From Methanobacteriota archaeon (GTDB taxonomy: Archaea > Hydrothermarchaeota > Hydrothermarchaeia > Hydrothermarchaeales > BMS3B): a DNA stretch of 42,314 bases. Where the stretch lies: the NCBI GenBank assembly GCA_013152685.1, contig JAADFX010000121.1, positions 1-42,314 of the forward strand, read 5' to 3'. Positions 1 to 6,300 of the stretch are shown here, in pieces. The notes under the pieces were generated by a model. It saw only the letters and a list, made by a program, of their open reading frames with translations, made no database searches and was not told where the DNA came from. Both the position numbers and the translations under genes were made by a program. How positions within the stretch are numbered: the stretch's first letter is position 1; every line of letters begins with the position of its first letter.

Positions 1-290
1 CCCAGCCTCCTCAGGTCCTCCTCCGCCACCATGAACTGCAGGTGCTGCTCCCCTGCCTTCTCCCTGGCGCGCAGGTAGGTGGCCTTCAGGTCCCTGTATG
101 CCTCCTCCGCCCTCTGTGCATCTCCCGCCTCTATCGCCCGCCTGAGCTCTTCATACGCCTCCTCAAAGCTCTTCTGAATCTCCTTTGCCTCCACTATCCT
201 CTCCTTCTCTGGCTCCACCTTCTCCTCCTGGGCACAGCCGGCGGTAAGGGCCAGCAGCACCAGCAGAAGGATGGAATAAGCTGCCTTCAC
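1..290 (-). CDS. Partial CDS (N-terminal part, runs off the window): lipobox-type signal peptide plus helical extracytoplasmic protein, paralog of the gene upstream of it
   Basis: Absent from the ORF track because it has no stop in the window. The reverse strand reads GTG(290)-KAAYSILLLVLLALTAGCAQEEKVEPEKERIVEAKEIQKSFEEAYEELRRAIEAGDAQRAEEAYRDLKATYLRAREKAGEQHLQFMVAEEDLRRL. LTAGC is lipobox-like. The GTG overlaps the TGA of ORF 287..1126 (GTGA). The tail parallels ...AAAYAELRGRAGEEHIDIIVPPDRLQEL of that ORF. Confidence 0.5.
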   Translation of the reverse strand, partial: MKAAYSILLLVLLALTAGCAQEEKVEPEKERIVEAKEIQKSFEEAYEELRRAIEAGDAQRAEEAYRDLKATYLRAREKAGEQHLQFMVAEEDLRRL

Positions 291-1126
291 CTCTCCACCT
301 CCTCGTGTTCCTCAAGCCTTGCGGTTACTATTATTGAGTGGCACCCGTCAACGGAGCACATCCTGCTGTTTATCTCGTGCATCGCCTCCCTTGAAGCATT
401 CAGGTCTCCTCTTCTCAGAGCTTCTTCCAGTCTGTCGATGTACTCCTCCTTCATGGTCTGCTCCGTCTTCTCGGGCATTATCTCAGCCATGACCTCCTTC
501 ATCCTGTGGAAGTGACTCCTGAAGGCGGGAAGCCTGGCCAGCGCCTCCTCTGTGCTGTTTCTTTTTATCGCCCGCACTATGTGGTAGTACTCGCTGGCAA
601 AGTCGTACATTACGCTGCCGCCCTTGGCGTGGCACAGCTCAATCCCGCAGGTGCTTCCAATCTTTGAGAGCGCCCTCTCCGCCGCGCTCAGGTTGCCCTC
701 CCTCAGCGAGAGGTTCAGCTCCTGAAGCCTGTCCGGGGGCACGATTATGTCGATGTGCTCCTCCCCAGCCCTGCCGCGCAACTCCGCGTAGGCGGCTGCG
801 AAGAGCTCAAAGGCCTGCCTGGCCTCCTCCGGGCTGCCGGAGCTGAGGGCGAGTTGCAGCTTCTGGTACGCCTGGGTGTAGTCCAGAGCCTCCTGAAACT
901 CTCCCTCCACTTCGGCGGTTTCCTGCGGGGCTCTGGGGGTGGGTGCCAGCACCACCGCCAGCGCGAGGATCAGCACGACGCCGCCTGCAATCAGGTAGGC
1001 GGACAGATTCCTCCTCTCCCCCTGCCGTGGAGGGAGTGCCCTTAACCTCTCCCTGATGCAGGTGCCGCACACGTGGCAGTAGTTCTGGTCCTCCCTCACC
1101 TCCACGCCGCATTCGGGGCAGTACAT
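287..1126 (-). CDS. Zinc-ribbon / single-TM / extracytoplasmic helical protein (hypothetical)
   Basis: N-terminal MYCPECG...CHVCG (CxxC...CxxC zinc ribbon), then the TM helix AYLIAGGVVLILALAVVLA, then ~200 aa of helical E/A/R-rich sequence. GC3-rich frame; AT-rich spacer upstream (1127-1190). Confidence 0.6.
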   Translation of the reverse strand: MYCPECGVEVREDQNYCHVCGTCIRERLRALPPRQGERRNLSAYLIAGGVVLILALAVVLAPTPRAPQETAEVEGEFQEALDYTQAYQKLQLALSSGSPEEARQAFELFAAAYAELRGRAGEEHIDIIVPPDRLQELNLSLREGNLSAAERALSKIGSTCGIELCHAKGGSVMYDFASEYYHIVRAIKRNSTEEALARLPAFRSHFHRMKEVMAEIMPEKTEQTMKEEYIDRLEEALRRGDLNASREAMHEINSRMCSVDGCHSIIVTARLEEHEEVER

Positions 1127-1139
1127 TACTATAACTATT

Positions 1140-1185
1140 CTCCGGGGAGTATTTTAAATTTTCTTTAAATAGCGGTAAACATTGA
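1140..1185. promoter_or_regulatory. AT-rich divergent promoter region (TATA-like tattttaaatt / tttaaatag)
   Basis: The only AT-rich stretch between divergent genes 287..1126(-) and 1235..1864(+). TATA-like elements lie 25-60 nt from both starts. Confidence 0.35.
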
Positions 1186-1234
1186 TTAACTGCAGGTGGA
1201 AGAAGCTAAATATGATTGCTGCAGAGTTAAAAAT

Positions 1235-1864
1235 ATGCCCCTGAACTTCTTCAAGCGGGGACTGCGTGCCCTCGGCATTGCGGAGAGCTTTTTTAAGAGC
1301 CGCGGCAGGGCTGTACTCGCGGGTGTTGTGATGCGCGGGGACCTGCAGATCGACGGCTTCGGCTTTGCCAGGATTACCCTCGGGGGGCTGGATGCCACGC
1401 AGGGCGTGCTCGAGATATACCGCCGCCTGGGGCGGAGGGATATAAATGTGGTGATGCTCAACGGCTGCATAATAAGCCTGTTCAACCTTATAGACCTGGA
1501 CGAGGTCCACGGGGCAACGGGGCTGCCTGTGCTGTGCGTCAGCTACGAGGACAGCCCCGGCCTTGAGGGCTACCTGCGGGAGCTGCCGGATGCCGGTAGG
1601 AGGCTGGAGATGTACCGCCGCCTGGGCGGAAGGGATGTGGTGGAGCTCCACACGGGGCACAGGGTGTATGTGCGCAGCCGCGGGCTGGAAGAGCACGAGG
1701 TGAGGCACCTGCTCAACCGCTTCACCCTCCAGGGCTCTGTGCCCGAGCCCCTCCGGGTGGCGCGTCTGCTCTCTCGTTCTCTGCTCAGGTGGCTTTCCGC
1801 GGAGTCACCTTCTCCGGAGGCAGTAGGCGAGGAGGGCCAGCACACCCAGGGCGGTGATGATTAG
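1235..1864 (+). CDS. DUF99 / UPF0215 family protein (archaeal, endonuclease V-like fold)
   Basis: MPLNFFKRGLRALGIAESFF...LAGVVMRGDLQIDGFGFARITLGGLDATQGV...DINVVMLNGCIISLFNLIDLDEVHGATGLPVLCV matches the DUF99 pattern as I remember it. Start moved from the track's GTG 1196 to ATG 1235 (family N-termini begin a few residues before K-R-G-hydrophobic-R). The low-complexity C-terminal tail overlaps the convergent gene by 60 nt. Confidence 0.65.
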   Translation: MPLNFFKRGLRALGIAESFFKSRGRAVLAGVVMRGDLQIDGFGFARITLGGLDATQGVLEIYRRLGRRDINVVMLNGCIISLFNLIDLDEVHGATGLPVLCVSYEDSPGLEGYLRELPDAGRRLEMYRRLGGRDVVELHTGHRVYVRSRGLEEHEVRHLLNRFTLQGSVPEPLRVARLLSRSLLRWLSAESPSPEAVGEEGQHTQGGDD

Positions 1865-3019
1865 GGTTCCCCAGGGCGGTGCTCCCCCGCTGGTGCCCCC
1901 GACTTCCCCGCCTTCTCCTTCCCCGCCCTCAGGCGAGAGGTCGAGGGTGAAGTTTGCCAGCAGGTAGGTGTCCTCCGGCTCGTCTGCCCTTCCCACTGCG
2001 ACGAAGAGGGGCGAGTCCCTGGATATGGCGCAGGAGTAGGCGATTATAAACCTCTCCCCATCTATGAGCAGGGCCTTCTGGTCGCACTTGAAGCTGGTGG
2101 GCTGCTCCCGGGAGGCGATGTACTCGGCGTTCCTGGTTATCCTCTCAGGCTGCGACCACCTCACCCCGTCGGGTGAGGAGAATAGGTAGACCTCCTCGTT
2201 TATCCCCTCATCGGAGGTGTAGGCGACCCACACCCTGCCGCCGCTGTCCCTCTTTGCGTCAAGATAGAGCACAAACTTCCCCTGGGATATCAGGCTTATC
2301 CTGGCCGCCCTGCTCCAGTTCTCCCCGTCCTCTGAGCGCATCACGAAGAGGTTGTGCTCATTCACCCTGCTCAGGTTCTCCCAGCTGCCCGTAAAGGCGC
2401 TGAAGAAGAGCAGGTACCCGCCTTCAGTCTCCACCATCCTGGGGAAGACGGCGCCCACCGGAGAGGTCACCTGCTCCAGCTCCTCCCACTGCACGCCGTC
2501 CCGCGACCTGGTATAAAATATGGCATTTGCCACCTCGCCCCGCTGGTTGAACACCATCCTGGAGAGGAAGAGCCAGTAGGTGCCCTTCGAGTCCTGGTAG
2601 ATGAAGGGGTACCAGTCGCTGGTGTGGGTCTGGATGAAGGGCACGGGCGTGCTCCAGTTGCGGCAGTCCTCCGACCTCATGAGGTAGATGTCGTAGTCCC
2701 CCTTCTCAGGGGGCTTCCTGGTGAACACCAGCCAGCAGCTCTTCTGCCGGTCCACCAGGAGGTAGGGCTGGTAGTCGGTGCCATTGAATTCCGTGAGCCT
2801 CTCGGGAGGGCTCCAGCTGAGCCCATCCGGGGAGTGCCTCAGGAAGAGGTTCCTCGCCCCGCCTCCGGTGTGCTTCGAGTAAACCAGCACATAGCTTCCG
2901 TTGAACTCTGCCAGCGCCGGGTAGCTGCTGTAGCTGTCCACCTCCCGGTGCTGCCAGGGTGCAGCCACCCCGCCTCCCACCAGCAGCAAAGCAATCAGGA
3001 GGGCGATGCGGAGCCTCAT
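1805..3019 (-). CDS. Secreted BNR/Asp-box beta-propeller (sialidase-fold) protein with C-terminal TM anchor
   Basis: Signal peptide MRLRIALLIALLLVGGGVAA. Five Asp-boxes: SPDGLSW, SEDCRNW, SRDGVQW, SEDGENW, SPDGVRW. G/E-rich linker, then PPWGTLIITALGVLALLAYCLRRR at the extreme C-terminus. Confidence 0.75.
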   Translation of the reverse strand: MRLRIALLIALLLVGGGVAAPWQHREVDSYSSYPALAEFNGSYVLVYSKHTGGGARNLFLRHSPDGLSWSPPERLTEFNGTDYQPYLLVDRQKSCWLVFTRKPPEKGDYDIYLMRSEDCRNWSTPVPFIQTHTSDWYPFIYQDSKGTYWLFLSRMVFNQRGEVANAIFYTRSRDGVQWEELEQVTSPVGAVFPRMVETEGGYLLFFSAFTGSWENLSRVNEHNLFVMRSEDGENWSRAARISLISQGKFVLYLDAKRDSGGRVWVAYTSDEGINEEVYLFSSPDGVRWSQPERITRNAEYIASREQPTSFKCDQKALLIDGERFIIAYSCAISRDSPLFVAVGRADEPEDTYLLANFTLDLSPEGGEGEGGEVGGTSGGAPPWGTLIITALGVLALLAYCLRRR

Positions 3020-3227
3020 ATAAGCCTTCCAACTTTTACCGTTGTAACACTATTTGAAAAATTTTCAACTGCCCGGCAAAGCCGGAGATGCGGCTGAAGG
3101 GCATATCCGGTGCGCTGGCAGCTGCGGCAAAATCTACAGGCTAAAATCAAAAAACAGCAGATATTCTTCTTCTATTTCTGGAAATTCTCCGTGAACACCT
3201 TTGCCGGCACGGCACCATATTTATGGA

Positions 3228-3297
3228 AAATTTTATATATCAAATTTAATTTTAATTATATTGGGAACCATGGTCCTTGTGGATTTAAAAATTTTCA
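3228..3297 (+). promoter_or_regulatory. AT-rich promoter region of the giant cytochrome gene (ttttatatat 3231-3240; atttaaaaatttt 3283-3295)
   Basis: Two TATA-like elements in an otherwise GC-rich context, 50-115 nt upstream of ATG 3348. Confidence 0.4.
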
Positions 3298-3347
3298 ACA
3301 GGTGTGGCAGTGTGAGCTCAGCTCCTGCTTTTCGGCCTTCCGGGGGT

Positions 3348-6300
3348 ATGGGGAGGGCAACTCCAGCAGGTCTGCTCATCATCCTTCTCATCGCCCTTGC
3401 GCTTTTTTCAGGTGTGGCCGCCCAGGAGGCGGTGCTCCAGCTCAACGTCTCCAGGTATGTGGTGCTGGACGAGCCCAGGACCAACAGCAACGCCGGCGCC
3501 GGCTTCAGCGTCCCATCGCGGGACTGGGGCACCGACGACTGGCGCGGCGAGGCCACCACAATAAGGGCGTATGCCATTATAACCAACGCCTCGGGCGGCG
3601 TGCCCGGCGTGACCGTCACCTTTACAATAAGGAACCCCGCCGGAGCGGCGGTGGCAACCCTCAGCGCCGTGACCAACTCCGCTGGGGTTGCGGTGGTCTC
3701 CTACAACCTGAACAACGTCTACTACTATGGAGGGTGGAGCATTGAGGCGAGCGCCACCGTCGGTGGAAGTAGCCTCAGCGCCAGCCAGAGCTTCATATAC
3801 AACTGGTGGGGGTGCGCCAACTGCCACGGCTGGGAGAACTTGGGGGAGATTGGTACCTTCTCGCAGAAGTCGCCCTACACCATGGGCTACGACTTCCACA
3901 GGAATCCAAACGCCGGTGAGCACTCCACCGCCATGAAGAACGGGCAGTGCGTGGTGTGCCACCAGAGCTACGACAACGCCTGGCACAGCGGAAGCAACCC
4001 TCCCGCGCCCGAGTATCCCGGGGGGATACACGACAACAAGCAGCGCTGCCAGGACTGCCACACCAACGCAGACACCGGCAACAAGCGCGCTGAGATTGCC
4101 GGCTGCTACGACACCGCTGGCTGCCATCCCCAGCAGAATCCGAAGCTGACCCAGGTTCCCACAACCACCGGCTACAGCGTGGGCGGGAACTACAGAAGCA
4201 TCTACAGCCTGGACACCACCACCGGTGAGCCCAGGAAGGCCCACACTCCGGCGGAGACTGTGCCATGCCTCAACTGCCACAACCCCGCTCACATGCTCTC
4301 AAAGCCCGTGGTCAACGGCACCACCAACACCTACACCGAGGATGCGCAGTGCGCCACCTGCCACGTGGGCAGGGGCAGGCACTCCACCTACAACCCCGTG
4401 TACTGCACTGCCTGCCACAGCCAAGACGCCCACAGGGTGGGGATACTCAACGGAAGCGCCTCCACCCAGCCCAGCTACGTCCAGCTGGGCTCTCCCGGAG
4501 CAGTGACAAAGAACTCCTGCCCGGACTGCCACAGCGCTGGCGCGGTGGCGGGCTTCTTCAACAACCTGAGCAGCTACGACAGCGCCGCCTACAACAGGAG
4601 CTACCAGCCCCAGGTTGACAGGTTCGGCTACTCCATAGCGCCCCACAACCAGAGCGTCCCCTGCCTGCTCTGCCACGACAACACCGACTTCCACAGCATC
4701 ACCTTCCTGAACAGCACCGCCGGCTACACCACCGACAGGAGCCGGGCAGTCGGCTGTGAGGACTGCCACGTGCCCGGGGTGAACGACACCGTCAAGAGCT
4801 TTGTGCAGGGCAGGGGCTACTCACCGCCCCAGGTGGATGAGAGGCACAACAATGCCGTGCCCTGCGACGTGTGCCACTCACCCAGCCCACACGGTGGCGC
4901 GCGCTTTCTTGAGAAGAACCTCTCCTCCTACACCACAAACCGCAGCGTCTCCGCCTTCTGCCAGGACTGCCACGTGGGTGGAGGCGCATCGGGAAGGAGC
5001 TTTGTCACGAGAAGCGGAAACTACACCCTGAACCCGCCCCAGGTGGAGGCCAGGCACAACAATGCCGTGCCCTGTGAGGTGTGCCACTCCACCAACCCCC
5101 ACGGCGGCGCCTGGTTCCTGACTCCGGGGCTCTCGGGCTACACCGCCAACCGGAGCGGCGCCGTCACCTGCAAAGACTGCCACACCAACGCCAGCGCGGG
5201 CGGGAGTGTGTTCTCCACCCGGAGCGGGAGCTACACCCTCAACCCGCCCTTCATCGGCAGCTATGCGCTGCAGCACGGCAATGAAACCTGGGAGGGACAG
5301 AACTGGGGCAGCTACTGGAATAAATCGGACGACAACTCCGCCTGTCTTTACTGCCACGACAGCGGGAGCAGCACTGAGGCGCTGCACGCGAGCAGCGCGA
5401 GGGGCAATGTGAGCAGCGTCGCCGACGGCGCCCTGGACATGACTGGCAACTGGTGCGCCAACTGCCACGTCTCTGGCGGCTTCAACCCGCAGTACAACGG
5501 CACCGCCTACTCACCCTCTCCTCCCCTCGCTGATGTGCAGAGCGCTGCCGGCAACAGCGCCGGCAGGAGCTGGTTCAACCACACCTACCTCGTAAGCTCC
5601 AACTACACCGACAGCCTGTGCTACACCTGCCACGCCAGAAGCGACGAGACGCCGGGCAACAACCTCACCCTTTTTGTCCACAACGTGGAGGAGAGCAACG
5701 GCGGCGCCGACTGCGTGAGGTGCCACGCCGTGGGCGCACCTGCGCCGAAGCATGTGGATGTGGGTGCCTTCAAGCGGAGTGTTCACGCGGGTCTGAACTC
5801 CAATGCGACCAACACCACCCGGCTCACCGATGCCGTCGCCAAGGCGTGCTGGGCGTGCCACGGCGACGGGAGTGAGCCAAAGGAGCACCCCTCCAACTAC
5901 AAGGCGCCGAAGCTCTGCGTGGACTGCCACCTGAGCGGCGCCTTTGGTGCTCCCGTTGTGGAGGAGCACTATCTCAACGGCACTGAGATTGTCGCCTCCA
6001 CGGGCGCGAGCTCCGCCCTGGGAAGCTGCCTGAACTGCCACCAGAACCAGGGGATACCCGAGCTCAGGGTGAGCGGCGTGAACGACCCCGACTACGGCAG
6101 CTTCGACGCCGACGGGGACGGCACCTCGGGCGGCAACCTCAGCGCCTACCACTACGCCTCAATTTCATCCTCCCTCATCAGCGGCGGAAGCGCAAACTGC
6201 GCCTACTGCCACCAGCAGAACAGCAGCTTCGATGCTGTTATGCAGGACGTGAGCCACAATGCGATGCTCAACCACACCGACAACTCCCCCGCGCCCACCT

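Noticed and set aside
42-515. 157-aa plus-strand ORF at the window start
   Set aside because: It spans the junction of two minus-strand genes (1..290 and 287..1126) that have recognisable signal and zinc-ribbon features. Its L/S/C-rich translation is implausible.
3201-3347. Track start (TTG 3201) for the giant cytochrome
   Set aside because: The extension runs through the AT-rich TATA-containing spacer. ATG 3348 gives a canonical signal peptide.
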